The notes beneath the pieces are model-generated. The model searched no databases. It had not been told where the DNA came from and was given only the letters and a program-made list of their open reading frames with translations. From contig CAYZTT010000001.1 of assembly GCA_964481835.1 (NCBI GenBank), positions 9,964 to 73,963 of the forward strand: DNA of 64,000 nucleotides. Direction: 5' to 3'. Position numbers and translations under genes: made by a program. Positions 19,195 through 29,868 of this stretch are shown here, in pieces. Origin of the DNA: Candidatus Woesearchaeota archaeon (GTDB taxonomy: Archaea; Nanobdellota; Nanobdellia; SCGC-AAA011-G17; PNOQ01). Numbering within the stretch: the stretch's first letter is position 1; every line of letters begins with the position of its first letter.

Positions 19195-19225
19195 AGAAAA
19201 GAAAAGCGCGAGATTTATTTAAAGG

Positions 19226-21538
19226 TTATGAATAGCCAAATAAGGTAGATTGTGTTGATCCTTTAATTAGGTCCTCAAAAGCTATGTTAAAGAAGGAGAG
19301 TACTGTATCTGCAATTGGTTTTATTTGTTTTTCTATGTAATGATCATAATCTATATCATGTTTTAACAGCTGTATTGGCTCCGGACCCGAAGTAGTCATA
19401 TAATATTCTATTGTGCTTGATTCTAATTTTTTTAGTTTTCTGGCTGCCTTCACATGGGGAGGGGTTGTTTTAGTATATTCTTCTAGGTCCTTCCTGATTG
19501 ATTTTCGATATACTAAATCTTCGTCATACTTGCCCTTTTGTATATCTTCTACGAATTTTTTAATGAATTTAGTAACTTCTTCCTTATGAAATATTTTGTC
19601 CAATAGCTCTTGTTGGAATTTCTTGGCTGCGTTTGTCCAGTCAGATCTTACTGTCTCAAGACCCACTATGTCTAATTTTTCCTTTCCATCTTTTTTAAGC
19701 AGGCCAGCATATCTCTTTTTAGCTCCAGCCTCTCCGCCCCTTATCTTTGGCATTAGGAATCTTAAGTATAATTTCTCATATTCTAATTCTAAATTGGATT
19801 CTCGGCGGTATTCTTCCTTTATGTGTTTTTTATAGAACTCATTTATTTCCTTCTCTAGCTTTTTACCTATTTGATCTGCTTTTGTTTCGGATTTCTCTTT
19901 TGTATCTACAAATACTGAATCTGTATCGGAGTATATCACATTATATCCAAGCTCTTCTACCTTCTGTGCGGTTTGTTTGATTATGTGTCTCCCAAACCCG
20001 GTTAGGCCATTTGCCATTTTTAAGTTGTAGAATCTACAAGTGGGATTGGCTAAGACTCCCCAGAATGAAAGCATAATTATTTTTATTGCTTGTATTGCCA
20101 ACTTATTTTTCTTTTTCTTGGCTTTATCTCTCTCGCCCCATATCTTCTCCAATATGCCGGGCAATATGCCTTCTTTTGAGATATCAAAGTATGTTTTATT
20201 TGGTGCCCCTATAAATCCTTTTTTCTTTTTTTCTGAAAATGTATATGGATCTATGTTGAATGTTCTAATCATTGAGGGGTATAGGGACTTAAAATCTAAA
20301 ACAATTAAATTGTCATAAATTCCCGGGGCAGAACTCATTACGTATCCTCCCTTTATTCTGGCCTCTCGTTCTGGGTTTATTGTTGTTGGAGCAACCAGTT
20401 TCCTTTCTTTTGTTTTTTGTAGATACAAGAAATCCAGGGAAGATATGGAGGCATTTACCCTATCTAAAGACATCCCGGTCAATAGAGACCGTTGTATTGC
20501 CAAATCAATAAGATTTGCCTCTGTTACTATTCGGTAGGCTAATTCTGAATCTAGTATATTATATTCAATTAACTTTTTTTGGTCCTCTTTAAACAATCTA
20601 TCAATTTCATTATATTTTTGTTTCCCGGTATCTTTGATTAATTTTCCTACCCCTAATAGACTCTCTGCAGCAGTATCTAATTTATAATTCTCGAGTTTTA
20701 TGAATGAAGATTTTGTTAGGTCAATTCCATCCAATACTACGCGCCCAGGCATATCTGCTTTGCTTGTTCTGAAGAAGTTAGTTTCTAACCTTAGTTTTGT
20801 TGGAGTGTTTTCTCTCCCGAGATCGAAAGGTATTTTATGTTTCTTGAATTTATCTCTTAAATATTGTAAATCAAAATCGATTACGTTCCAACCGGTGACT
20901 ATATCCGGATCCAAGTCTAAAACTGCTTCCCTGAATTTTTCTAATAATTCTGCCTCATTTTTGCAGGATACGGCCCGTGGAACTTTGTCTTTTGAGATAA
21001 TAAATGCTTTCTCATAATTTTTAGAGTATAGCGAGATACAATATATTTTTTTCCCGGCTTTATCCGATTCAATATCAAAGGAAAGTATCTTCAAGTTTTT
21101 TGGAACATAATCTGTTGATTTTAAATCCGGATCCTTGTATATCCTATCAATTGTTTCATTCCCTTCATAGTCGCCATCAATTTCTAGGGAACCTTGTATA
21201 TTGTTATCTATCAGGAATCTGATTGGAAATCTTATATCTGATTCATATGTCTTAATCTTTGCATCCTCTAATTCCCTTCGTATATCTGAAACATCTTTTG
21301 GAAATCCAATTACTAGTTTTGCCATAGGCTCTTCTTGAAAATTTGTAAAATCGGTTTTTTCTGATTTGAATTCGGCTAGTTTTTTTGCTTTGCTTAAATC
21401 ACTTGACTTTATGTAGAAGTATGGTTTGAATTTGTTTATAGTCAAGAAAGATTGGTTGTTTTCTAATCTGCCATAGAGTAAGACATACGGTTCTCCGTTT
21501 ATTATACGGTAGGTGGGATAAATAATAAAACCTTTCAT
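19226..21538 (-). CDS. polB: Family B DNA polymerase
   Basis: YSDTDSVFV (PolC motif), SLYPSMI (motif A region), exonuclease domain FDIE, 770 aa with no intein. Confidence 0.9.
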   Translation of the reverse strand: MKGFIIYPTYRIINGEPYVLLYGRLENNQSFLTINKFKPYFYIKSSDLSKAKKLAEFKSEKTDFTNFQEEPMAKLVIGFPKDVSDIRRELEDAKIKTYESDIRFPIRFLIDNNIQGSLEIDGDYEGNETIDRIYKDPDLKSTDYVPKNLKILSFDIESDKAGKKIYCISLYSKNYEKAFIISKDKVPRAVSCKNEAELLEKFREAVLDLDPDIVTGWNVIDFDLQYLRDKFKKHKIPFDLGRENTPTKLRLETNFFRTSKADMPGRVVLDGIDLTKSSFIKLENYKLDTAAESLLGVGKLIKDTGKQKYNEIDRLFKEDQKKLIEYNILDSELAYRIVTEANLIDLAIQRSLLTGMSLDRVNASISSLDFLYLQKTKERKLVAPTTINPEREARIKGGYVMSSAPGIYDNLIVLDFKSLYPSMIRTFNIDPYTFSEKKKKGFIGAPNKTYFDISKEGILPGILEKIWGERDKAKKKKNKLAIQAIKIIMLSFWGVLANPTCRFYNLKMANGLTGFGRHIIKQTAQKVEELGYNVIYSDTDSVFVDTKEKSETKADQIGKKLEKEINEFYKKHIKEEYRRESNLELEYEKLYLRFLMPKIRGGEAGAKKRYAGLLKKDGKEKLDIVGLETVRSDWTNAAKKFQQELLDKIFHKEEVTKFIKKFVEDIQKGKYDEDLVYRKSIRKDLEEYTKTTPPHVKAARKLKKLESSTIEYYMTTSGPEPIQLLKHDIDYDHYIEKQIKPIADTVLSFFNIAFEDLIKGSTQSTLFGYS

Positions 21539-21588
21539 GTTTTGATGTATTTGGTTAGGTTTTTAAATGTTTTATTATTACAGATAGT

Positions 21589-22461
21589 ATGAAAGATTGG
21601 ATCAAAGCGGGGGAGATCGCTGCAGAGGCTAGAGAGTATGGCAAGAAATTAATAAAGCCGGGGAAATCTCATTTGGATGTAACAGAGAAGATTGAAGCCA
21701 AAATTCTAGAGCTTGGGGGAAGAATTGCGTTTCCTACTCAAATGTCCTTAAATCATGTTGCTGCACATTATACTGCCCTCCTCAATAAAGATATTGAATT
21801 TAAGGAAGGGGATTTAATTAAATTAGATCTTGGAGTCCATATAGATGGGGCCATAGGAGATACAGCTGTTAGTGTTGATTTGGGAGATAATAAGAAACTA
21901 GTGAAGGCAAGTGAAAATGCCTTAAGTGCTGCATTAGAAATCATCAAGCCAGGATTAGAGATAAGAGAGATTGGAAAGGCAATACATTCTGAAATAACTC
22001 AACTGGGGTTTGCCCCTGTGAAAAATCTCGGTGGCCATGGGCTAGATAAATACCAGATACATACTAGTCCAACAATTCCAAACTATGATAATGGAGATTC
22101 AAGCAAATTGGAGAACGGTCAAATAATTGCAATAGAACCATTTGCTAGCAGTGGAAGTGGGTTGGTAGGTGAAGGAAACCCCTCCGAGATATTTCAATTG
22201 ATGAACCCTAAAAATATTAGAAATCAAAATGCTAGATTAATATTGAGATATATTTCAGAAGAATATAAAACATTGCCATTTGCAAAGCGGCAATTATTAA
22301 ATAAGTTTAATAAATTGCAGATTGCTACCGGCCTTGTTGCTTTGAAAAGAGAGGGGATATTACATGAATATGGAACTTTACCTGAAAGGGTCAAGGATTC
22401 AATGGTTAGTCAGACGGAACACACCGTAATTGTTGGGGAAAAAATAACAACAAAAATATGA
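21589..22461 (+). CDS. map: Methionine aminopeptidase, type 2 (archaeal)
   Basis: AAHYT and DLGVHIDG, GHG, EPF metal-binding residues, and the type-2 helical insert. 290 aa. Confidence 0.85.
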   Translation: MKDWIKAGEIAAEAREYGKKLIKPGKSHLDVTEKIEAKILELGGRIAFPTQMSLNHVAAHYTALLNKDIEFKEGDLIKLDLGVHIDGAIGDTAVSVDLGDNKKLVKASENALSAALEIIKPGLEIREIGKAIHSEITQLGFAPVKNLGGHGLDKYQIHTSPTIPNYDNGDSSKLENGQIIAIEPFASSGSGLVGEGNPSEIFQLMNPKNIRNQNARLILRYISEEYKTLPFAKRQLLNKFNKLQIATGLVALKREGILHEYGTLPERVKDSMVSQTEHTVIVGEKITTKI

Positions 22462-23378
22462 AATTTAAATCTAAAGTTTTTTTAGCACCAATGGTGGATG
22501 TGACTGATGTTTCATTTAGGCTTATATGTAAAAAATATGGTGCAGGGCTAACTTTTACGGAAATGTTGTCTTCGATTGCATTAGCTAGAAAGAATAGTTC
22601 TACTTTGAAATTATTTGATGTGGTTAAGGGGGAAAGCCCTATTGGGGTGCAATTAATGGGGCAGAATATCGACGAAATAAAAAAAGCTATTAAGATTGTT
22701 GAGAAAAAAGTGGATTTAATTGATTTTAATTTTGGGTGTCCTGTTCAAAAAATTGTTAACCAGGGATGTGGGGCTGCATTATTGAAAAGGCCTGAGAAGA
22801 TTAGAGAAATTTTAAGAGAAGCCGTAAACTCTACTAAGAAACCCATTAGTTGTAAGATCCGTGCAGGGTGGGATAGGCGCAGCATTAATGCTATTGAGAT
22901 TGCTAAAATAGCGGAAGAAGAGGGGTGTTCCTTTATTACGGTCCATGGAAAGACAAAATCCCAGGATCGCGGGAGTAAAGCAGATTGGAAGATAATTAAA
23001 GAAGTCAAAGAAAGTGTTAAAATTCCTGTAATTGGTAATGGGGGAATTAATTCCCCAGAAGATGCAAAAAGAATGTTTGAAGAGACTGGATGCGATTATG
23101 TTATGATTGGAAGGGAGGCCTCTAGAAACCCTTTCATTTTCAAGCAAGTAAATGATTATTTAGAGAGGGGAGATTACAAGGAAATAACTAGAAAGGATAA
23201 AATTAGAGTTTTTAAGGAATATCTTGAACTGGCAGAAAAACATAAACCTAGATTTAGATACATTAAAGATCATGCCCTCTATCTGAGCAGAGGATTTAAG
23301 GGGAGTAAAGATATTAGAAGAGAAATAAGTCAGGCTAAAACTGTTTCTGAAATCAAAAAAGTATTACAAATAAAATAA
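22458..23378 (+). CDS. dus: tRNA-dihydrouridine synthase
   Basis: LAPMVDVTDVSFRL, FTEMLSS, FNFGCP and HGKT TIM-barrel Dus motifs. The start overlaps the map stop. Confidence 0.85.
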   Translation: MKFKSKVFLAPMVDVTDVSFRLICKKYGAGLTFTEMLSSIALARKNSSTLKLFDVVKGESPIGVQLMGQNIDEIKKAIKIVEKKVDLIDFNFGCPVQKIVNQGCGAALLKRPEKIREILREAVNSTKKPISCKIRAGWDRRSINAIEIAKIAEEEGCSFITVHGKTKSQDRGSKADWKIIKEVKESVKIPVIGNGGINSPEDAKRMFEETGCDYVMIGREASRNPFIFKQVNDYLERGDYKEITRKDKIRVFKEYLELAEKHKPRFRYIKDHALYLSRGFKGSKDIRREISQAKTVSEIKKVLQIK

Positions 23379-23388
23379 AAAAGAAAAA

Positions 23389-23817
23389 TTATTTGCCCCA
23401 TGCAAATACCCCTAGCATAATTAAATTAACTATGGGGATTACCATGAGAATTCCTTGCCATCCTTCTCTCTTGATGCTTTCTGCTACTTTCCACCACCAA
23501 AATGCTGAAACCACTAGGAATGCTAGTCCGCCTACTGCTGGGATAAAGTATAGCAATAATGCGAAGATATGCCACCAGGGTTGTTTAGCAATCTGGATTA
23601 TTAGAAAAATATTGGCGATTGGGATCCATGCAAGCCAGCCATTTGGAGTCTTTGTTTTCTTTGCGATAGCCATTAGTGCCAATGCACTATAAATATAAAC
23701 GGCTAAGAAAATCAATAAGAAAACAAGTGCCATTGCGGTTAGTGCAGCCAGTATAGCTGCCATGTCTCCTGTTGAGAGCGCCATGACGAAATCGTTAATT
23801 GCGAATTCTTCGGCCAA
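23389..23817 (-). CDS. Polytopic membrane protein (hypothetical)
   Basis: 142 aa with 4 TM helices and a Trp-rich region. Confidence 0.35.
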   Translation of the reverse strand: MAEEFAINDFVMALSTGDMAAILAALTAMALVFLLIFLAVYIYSALALMAIAKKTKTPNGWLAWIPIANIFLIIQIAKQPWWHIFALLLYFIPAVGGLAFLVVSAFWWWKVAESIKREGWQGILMVIPIVNLIMLGVFAWGK

Positions 23818-23863
23818 TGTTTCACCTCCTTAAATAAAATATAAAGAAAAATAGTTTTTAAAA

Positions 23864-26152
23864 CTATCCCATGTAGCTTTTTTCTTGAATTGCGGCACCC
23901 CTTGCAGTTCTTAGATATTGGGCCTCGATTTCTTGGTATTTCTTAATATCTTGTTCCCTTATAGAGGGTTGAACTTTTTTTAGTGCCTCTTCAAAGTATT
24001 TCATTGTTATTTCTTTTGCATTAAGATTTTCCCTTAATGTAAGCATGGCTGCTTCCCTGCAAACTGCCTCTATATCTGATCCGACATATTGTTTTGTTCT
24101 TTCTGCTAACTCCAGGAGCTTTACATCTTTAGCCAGGGGCATATCTTGAGTATGTACCTTGAATATTTCCTCTCTTGCCTTTTTTTCTGGAACATTGACT
24201 AAAAGTATTCTATCAAACCTTCCTGGTCTGAGCAATGCAGGATCCAATATGTCTGGTCTATTTGTTGCTGCCATTACAACTACGTCGTTTAGTTCTTCTA
24301 AACCATCCATTTCTGTCAAAATTTGGTTGACCATCCTTTCTGTGGTCCGTGTTCCTTGTGTTTCCATCCCTCTTCTGGAGGCTATGGAATCCACTTCATC
24401 AAAGAAAATTATTGAGGGTGCTGCTTGTCTTGCTTTCTCAAATATCTTTCTAACTCCTTTCTCGGATTCTCCCATCCACATAGACAATAACTCTGGACCC
24501 TTAACTAATATGAAGTTTGCATTTGTCTCATTGGCTACTGCTTTTGCTAATAGTGTCTTTCCTGTTCCAGGTGGGCCATAAAGTAGAACCCCTTTTGGAG
24601 CCTTAATTCCCATCCTATTAAATGAATCCGAATATTTCATTGGCCATTCCACGACCTCTTTCAATTCTTGCTTCATGTTTTCTAATCCGCCAATATCTGT
24701 CCATTTAACGTTCGGTCTCTCTACTAGAACTTCTCTCATTGCAGAAGGCCTAACTATCCTTAGTGCTTCTTTGAAATCCTTGTCATAGATAATTAGCTTA
24801 TTTAGTAGTTCATCAGAAAGATTTACTTTCTCCCTTAAATTCAATTCGGGGATCATTCTCCTTAATACATTCATTGCTGCTTCTTTAGCTAATGAAGAGA
24901 GATCTGCGCCCACAAATCCATGTGTAATCTCAGCTAGTGCATCTATGTCCACATCTTTTGCTAAGGGCATATTCCTTGTGTGAATTTTTAGAATCTCTAA
25001 TCTTCCTTTCTTATTTGGAACTCCGAATGTGATTTCTCTATCGAATCTTCCAGGCCGTCTAAGAGCTTCGTCTATAGCGTTTGGCCTATTTGTTGCACCT
25101 ATAACTGTAACTTTCCCTCTTGTGTTTAGGCCGTCCATCATAGTTAGTAATTGGGCCACGACTCTTCTTTCGACCTCTCCACGAGTTTCCTCTCTTTTTG
25201 GAGCGATCGCATCGATTTCATCTATGAAGATTATCGAGGGTGCTTTTTCTGCGGCGTCTTCGAAGATCTGCCTTATTTTCTTTTCAGATTCACCATAGAA
25301 CTTATTCATTATTTCTGGTCCATTGACTAGTACAAAATTTGAATCTGTTTCGTTGGCTACTGCTTTCGCTAGTAGTGTCTTCCCCGTTCCTGGGGGGCCA
25401 TGTAATAAAACTCCTGCAGGAGGTTCAACCCCAAGTCTATTAAATAATTCGGGGTGCTTCATTGGAAGCTCTACCATTTCCCTAATTTTTCTTATTTCTT
25501 CACTTAATCCCCCAATGTCCTCATATGTTACATCTGGGATTATTTCTTCCTTGATTTCTACTGTTTTTGAGCTAACTTGTACTTGTGTATTTTCTGTGAT
25601 AATAACTGCATCATTTGGAGATGAATCTGCTACAATGAATCTTATACTCCCCAATCCTCCAAGAAATCCCCCGGATTGTAGGCCTTCAAATATGTCTGAG
25701 AAAATATCCCCAAATGGACTATCAGATAGTGTAGATTTTCTTCTTGTTGTTCCACCCAAAGCAATAATGTCTCCCTTAAGTACAACCCTCCCTAGTAAAC
25801 TCCTTTGGAATACTGAAGGGTCTGCTTGGATTGTCATTCCTTTTTGTGCAGGTGCGATTGTGATTTTTTTTGCTTCTTTGACTTGGATTTTTCTTATCTT
25901 TACTTGTTCCCCTATGCTTGTTTTGGCATTTCTCCTTAAGATTCCGTCCATTCTAATGACGGCCTCGCCTACATCGGTTGGATATGCCCTATCTATGATA
26001 CCGACTGTTTTTCTTCCGCCTTCGATTTCTACTATGTCCCCGGCACGAACTCCAATTTCTTTCATGTCTTGAGAATCAACCCTAACTATTCCTTTGTATG
26101 CCTCTTCTTGCATTGCTTCTTGTACCCTTAGTTCCACTTCTTTCTTAGCCAT
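23864..26152 (-). CDS. cdc48: Cdc48/VCP-like AAA+ ATPase (two AAA domains)
   Basis: An N-terminal double-psi barrel region followed by two GPPGTGKT Walker A and DE(I/V)D Walker B modules. 762 aa. Confidence 0.9.
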   Translation of the reverse strand: MAKKEVELRVQEAMQEEAYKGIVRVDSQDMKEIGVRAGDIVEIEGGRKTVGIIDRAYPTDVGEAVIRMDGILRRNAKTSIGEQVKIRKIQVKEAKKITIAPAQKGMTIQADPSVFQRSLLGRVVLKGDIIALGGTTRRKSTLSDSPFGDIFSDIFEGLQSGGFLGGLGSIRFIVADSSPNDAVIITENTQVQVSSKTVEIKEEIIPDVTYEDIGGLSEEIRKIREMVELPMKHPELFNRLGVEPPAGVLLHGPPGTGKTLLAKAVANETDSNFVLVNGPEIMNKFYGESEKKIRQIFEDAAEKAPSIIFIDEIDAIAPKREETRGEVERRVVAQLLTMMDGLNTRGKVTVIGATNRPNAIDEALRRPGRFDREITFGVPNKKGRLEILKIHTRNMPLAKDVDIDALAEITHGFVGADLSSLAKEAAMNVLRRMIPELNLREKVNLSDELLNKLIIYDKDFKEALRIVRPSAMREVLVERPNVKWTDIGGLENMKQELKEVVEWPMKYSDSFNRMGIKAPKGVLLYGPPGTGKTLLAKAVANETNANFILVKGPELLSMWMGESEKGVRKIFEKARQAAPSIIFFDEVDSIASRRGMETQGTRTTERMVNQILTEMDGLEELNDVVVMAATNRPDILDPALLRPGRFDRILLVNVPEKKAREEIFKVHTQDMPLAKDVKLLELAERTKQYVGSDIEAVCREAAMLTLRENLNAKEITMKYFEEALKKVQPSIREQDIKKYQEIEAQYLRTARGAAIQEKSYMG

Positions 26153-26513
26153 TTTGTTTCTCCAATAGTTTTCTAAAATGTAGACTTAATCTTCCTGGTT
26201 CTTCGAGAGTGAGCCTCATAATATTGTCCATTTCTTTTTCCATCTGTGCAAATTTTTCTTCGAACTCGATTATTTCTTTTGGTATCGTAACCGAAAATGA
26301 GTTTCCAACCATCCTTAATTTAACTTGGAAATTTCTTTCTCTTAATTTATTAAATTCTTTATATTCTCTTAAATCTAATGGGTGATAAATTTTTTCGGGG
26401 CATTTTTTGCATTTTAAAAATCTTAATCTGAAGCCTTCTCTGGCTTCTTGGACCTTTAACATTAGGCTGCCACATTCGGGGCAAGAGATTTTTGCATCAA
26501 ATATATCTTTCAT
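26145..26513 (-). CDS. Zinc-ribbon plus SpoVT/AbrB-like swapped-hairpin domain protein, translationally coupled to cdc48
   Basis: CPECGS...CKKCPEK four-Cys ribbon. VKLRMVGNSFSVTIPKEII matches the AbrB/MazE-type fold. Its stop overlaps the cdc48 start by 8 nt. Confidence 0.45.
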   Translation of the reverse strand: MKDIFDAKISCPECGSLMLKVQEAREGFRLRFLKCKKCPEKIYHPLDLREYKEFNKLRERNFQVKLRMVGNSFSVTIPKEIIEFEEKFAQMEKEMDNIMRLTLEEPGRLSLHFRKLLEKQNG

Positions 26514-26637
26514 TTTGTGTATACGGGGGGTATATACGGTTTATATATAAAGATTTCTATAATTAAACAAAACCTTTAAAAAAGTTAAAATAAAGGGATA
26601 ATTATATGTTTTTTAAAAAATTAAAGGGGGTGAAAAC

Positions 26638-26958
26638 TTGGCAAATAGTATTGGCGGTTGGGCATTTCTGATTGGTGTTCTTCTTGCAATAATCTTAGCA
26701 TTCTTTTCTGATATGGCTTCTTTTGCATGGATCATAGTGGTTCTAGGTCTTATTATTGGATTGTTAAATATTAGTGAGGGCGAAACACAGAAATTCTTGA
26801 TGGCAGGAGTAATACTTGTTATTGTGGGTGCGCTTGCAGGAAACATGTTTGCATCAATAATGTACCTGACTGACATCTTTAACAATTTGGTAGCCCTATT
26901 TGCTCCAGCAGTTGTTGTTGTAGCACTTAAGTCTGTTTTTGAAATGGCTAAGAAATAA
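26638..26958 (+). CDS. Small membrane protein (3 TM)
   Basis: 106 aa, hydrophobic, with no motif. Confidence 0.3.
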   Translation: MANSIGGWAFLIGVLLAIILAFFSDMASFAWIIVVLGLIIGLLNISEGETQKFLMAGVILVIVGALAGNMFASIMYLTDIFNNLVALFAPAVVVVALKSVFEMAKK

Positions 26959-27087
26959 AAAACTTAGTCTTTTTTTCTTATTTTTTAGTAACTATCTATC
27001 AGTAGCAAAAATAGTAAGATTTATAAACAGTTAGATTGTCCTATATTCTACATAATATATATTATAACACGGGGGTTATATTCAAAA

Positions 27088-28524
27088 ATGAAAAAATCAA
27101 CCATTGGAAAAGGACTTTTAGTTTTAGGAGGTGTAGCTTACGGTGCAGGCGCTTCTGCAGATGATGCTACAGTTACTTCAGTTTCAGAAGATTTAGACAC
27201 AAGGGGCGGGGTTGTTTCCACTGATCCTTTGCCGGATGGTGCAGCTTTGCCGGATGGCGTTGTATTAAATGATGATAATATTGGTTCAAATTCAGAGGGA
27301 GATTCTCCTCATGCGCCTATTTGTGGACCCACTGGAGAGCCAATTCCTCTGGGCCCAGTATATGATATCGGCGACGGATGTTGCACCGCTGCAGAATCTC
27401 AAGATCCTGCTTCTGGCGGAGATCAAACTTCTCCAGTAAAATGGAGTCCTTTATTCTCACAGCCTGATTCTATGGTTTGGTATTTCCAAACTAAAGGTGG
27501 AGAAAAATTCCCAATACCTACTGATGGCTTGGGAGGAAATCCCGCTGGAGATGGGATGTCTGGTCAAGAACTAATAAACCATTTGTATCAATCCTCAGCA
27601 GATAGCTTGGGCATTAGTGGCCCTTGGACAAGTTTGGATGATTCTACACAGGCATTAATTGCAGGATGTGCATATGAGATTGGAAAGGATATGGGTATAT
27701 GTGTTGATAATACATATGCAACAAATGATTCTACTAGACAACAAATTGTTGCTAGACGGCCAACCTCAGATTCATTGGAGGCGGAACTTAGAAGGAATGC
27801 TAGATTAGAGGGTCTTGCTGCTGCAGCAGACTCTACTGAAGGTAGAGAACCTGAAGATGAAGGCAAGGACAAGCCAGATTCTGGAAATGGATCTGATGAT
27901 GTACCTGGTCCAGGAGATTCAACAGAAGGCAAAGAATCGGAAGCAATGAGATATTTCAGAGCAACATCCCTTATATACAAAAATACTGGGGCTGCAGTTG
28001 ATGCATTCATTGGAAATGCTGCCGCAAAATTTGGTATTGGCGGGGGTGTTTCATACAATGGAGTGAGAAATGCTTCAACTACAACTGATTCTAGCTCAGT
28101 TAGGTATAATAATCCTCTTGGTTTCTCCGAGGAAGGGAGTGTTATAGATACTGAGACTGGATTAGGGAACTTGGTTCTGACATTCCCAAGATTAAGTCTT
28201 AATGTTGGGAGAGTTACACTTACAGGAATGCTGGACCACTATCAGATAGAAGAATCTAAATCTGGATTAGCTTTCGTGAGAAATGTTGTTGATGGTATTC
28301 AAGAAGACTATGATGATGAAAGGATACCTGAAACAAGCAAATCTGCTTGGAAATCAAGTTGGGGTGCCGGAGCAGATGTTAGAATAAAGGGTAACTGGGG
28401 AATCGCTGGAAAATACAGTGGTTTCAACAAGAAAGGTTCCCTCGGTGTTTCATATACTTGGGGACAAAGTAGAAATGGAAACCTAAAAGCTGCAGAAGCA
28501 AAAAGAGCAGCGAGGGGGAATTAA
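27088..28524 (+). CDS. Secreted G/D/S/T-rich protein with C-terminal amphipathic beta-strand-rich (porin/beta-barrel-like) domain
   Basis: Signal peptide MKKSTIGKGLLVLGGVAYGAGASA. Acidic/Gly-rich N-terminal half with CGPTGEP and DGCC motifs. The C-terminal ~200 aa has alternating hydrophobic patterns (GNLVLTFPRLSLNVGRVTLTG, GADVRIKGNWGIAGKYSGF, GSLGVSYTWGQ). G+C and amino-acid usage are unlike the flanks. Confidence 0.45.
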   Translation: MKKSTIGKGLLVLGGVAYGAGASADDATVTSVSEDLDTRGGVVSTDPLPDGAALPDGVVLNDDNIGSNSEGDSPHAPICGPTGEPIPLGPVYDIGDGCCTAAESQDPASGGDQTSPVKWSPLFSQPDSMVWYFQTKGGEKFPIPTDGLGGNPAGDGMSGQELINHLYQSSADSLGISGPWTSLDDSTQALIAGCAYEIGKDMGICVDNTYATNDSTRQQIVARRPTSDSLEAELRRNARLEGLAAAADSTEGREPEDEGKDKPDSGNGSDDVPGPGDSTEGKESEAMRYFRATSLIYKNTGAAVDAFIGNAAAKFGIGGGVSYNGVRNASTTTDSSSVRYNNPLGFSEEGSVIDTETGLGNLVLTFPRLSLNVGRVTLTGMLDHYQIEESKSGLAFVRNVVDGIQEDYDDERIPETSKSAWKSSWGAGADVRIKGNWGIAGKYSGFNKKGSLGVSYTWGQSRNGNLKAAEAKRAARGN

Positions 28525-28525
28525 A

Positions 28526-29836
28526 ATGAATAAACTAATACCATTTGTATTAATCTTTTTATTTTCTGCATTTATGGCAGCTGGACTTCCAGATTTAATT
28601 GCTTTAGATTCAGAATGGGTAGACGAATATGGACAACCCATTGGAAATAGTGTTAGTGTGTATCAAGGAGAGCCTGTTGAATATTACATGATGATTGTAA
28701 CGGATAGTGACGTTATTGGATATAAGGTATGGCTAACTCAAAATGGACATGCAATAGATACTATAACTCCGCATACTAATATTAATGATAATCATTATTT
28801 TGCATATGAGGCAATCGATACTTCAAGTTATGCTCCCGGAGACTATACTGTAAAGGTTGGGGCAAATAATGATGGTGTCGAAAATGCTTATGATGAGACC
28901 AGATATTTATATCTAGAAATTTTACCTATAGAGGAAGTTAACGAACCTCCATATACTCCGAGTAATCCTAGCCCAGTGGACGGGCAGACAGCAGTAGGTA
29001 CAGAAGGTGTCATGTTGGTTTGGACAGGTGGAGATCCTGATGGAGATGAGGTTACTTATGATGTCTTATTTGGGGAAGATGGAGAACTTATGACCCTAAT
29101 AGCGGAAGATATAAGTGAAACCTTTTTCTGGAATGACGAGAACTTAGATTTCGAAACTTCATATAACTGGATGATTGTTTCCAAAGATTCTGAGTTTGAC
29201 ATTGCAGGTTATGTCTGGAGTTTCACAACCAGGGCAGAGGATGTTGAAGAAAATCATGACCCTGTGATTGAGAATATTGAGAATCAACGAGCTAAATGTA
29301 ACCGAAACTTTAGGTTATGGGTTGATGTAGATGATGAGGATAACGATGACTTAACATTCTACGACAATACAGACTTATTTAATATTGATTCGGAAACAGG
29401 AGAGATTTCATTTAAACCAGATTGTAGTGATAGGGGAACTTACCACATCACAATCACAGTAGTTGATGAACATGGTGGAGAGGATAGTGAAACATTTAGA
29501 CTAAGGATTTATAGGGAGGGCTCAGGTGACGATGATGACGATGATGATGGAGACAACATTGAAAGTGTTATTGAATACGGAGAATGTATTGAGGACAATG
29601 ATGGAGATAATCTGGGCATAAGGCAAGTAATCTACACCTTGTTAGATAGCAACAGTGGAGGATTCATATCTGTTCAATCTTCACAAGAGATTTGTCAATT
29701 GGTAGTTGACGAGATTCCTGTTTATGAATTCAGGGGATTTTTAGAAGATGAGCTGGTTACAGTGATCCTGGTTATCATTATTTTCTTGATGATAACGATT
29801 CCATTGGCATTATATGTATTTAATAAACTATCTTAG
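28526..29836 (+). CDS. Cell-surface acidic adhesin-like protein with cadherin-like/Ig-like repeats and C-terminal TM anchor
   Basis: It has a signal peptide. The segment TFYDNTDLFNIDSETGEISFKPDCSDRGTYHITITVVDEHGGEDSETFRLRI is cadherin-like. It has a DDDDDDDGDN acidic run and the C-terminal TM VTVILVIIIFLMITIPLALYVF. It starts 2 nt after the upstream stop. Confidence 0.5.
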   Translation: MNKLIPFVLIFLFSAFMAAGLPDLIALDSEWVDEYGQPIGNSVSVYQGEPVEYYMMIVTDSDVIGYKVWLTQNGHAIDTITPHTNINDNHYFAYEAIDTSSYAPGDYTVKVGANNDGVENAYDETRYLYLEILPIEEVNEPPYTPSNPSPVDGQTAVGTEGVMLVWTGGDPDGDEVTYDVLFGEDGELMTLIAEDISETFFWNDENLDFETSYNWMIVSKDSEFDIAGYVWSFTTRAEDVEENHDPVIENIENQRAKCNRNFRLWVDVDDEDNDDLTFYDNTDLFNIDSETGEISFKPDCSDRGTYHITITVVDEHGGEDSETFRLRIYREGSGDDDDDDDGDNIESVIEYGECIEDNDGDNLGIRQVIYTLLDSNSGGFISVQSSQEICQLVVDEIPVYEFRGFLEDELVTVILVIIIFLMITIPLALYVFNKLS

Positions 29837-29868
29837 TTTATTTAAACCTCTAATTCTTTCTTTTTGTT

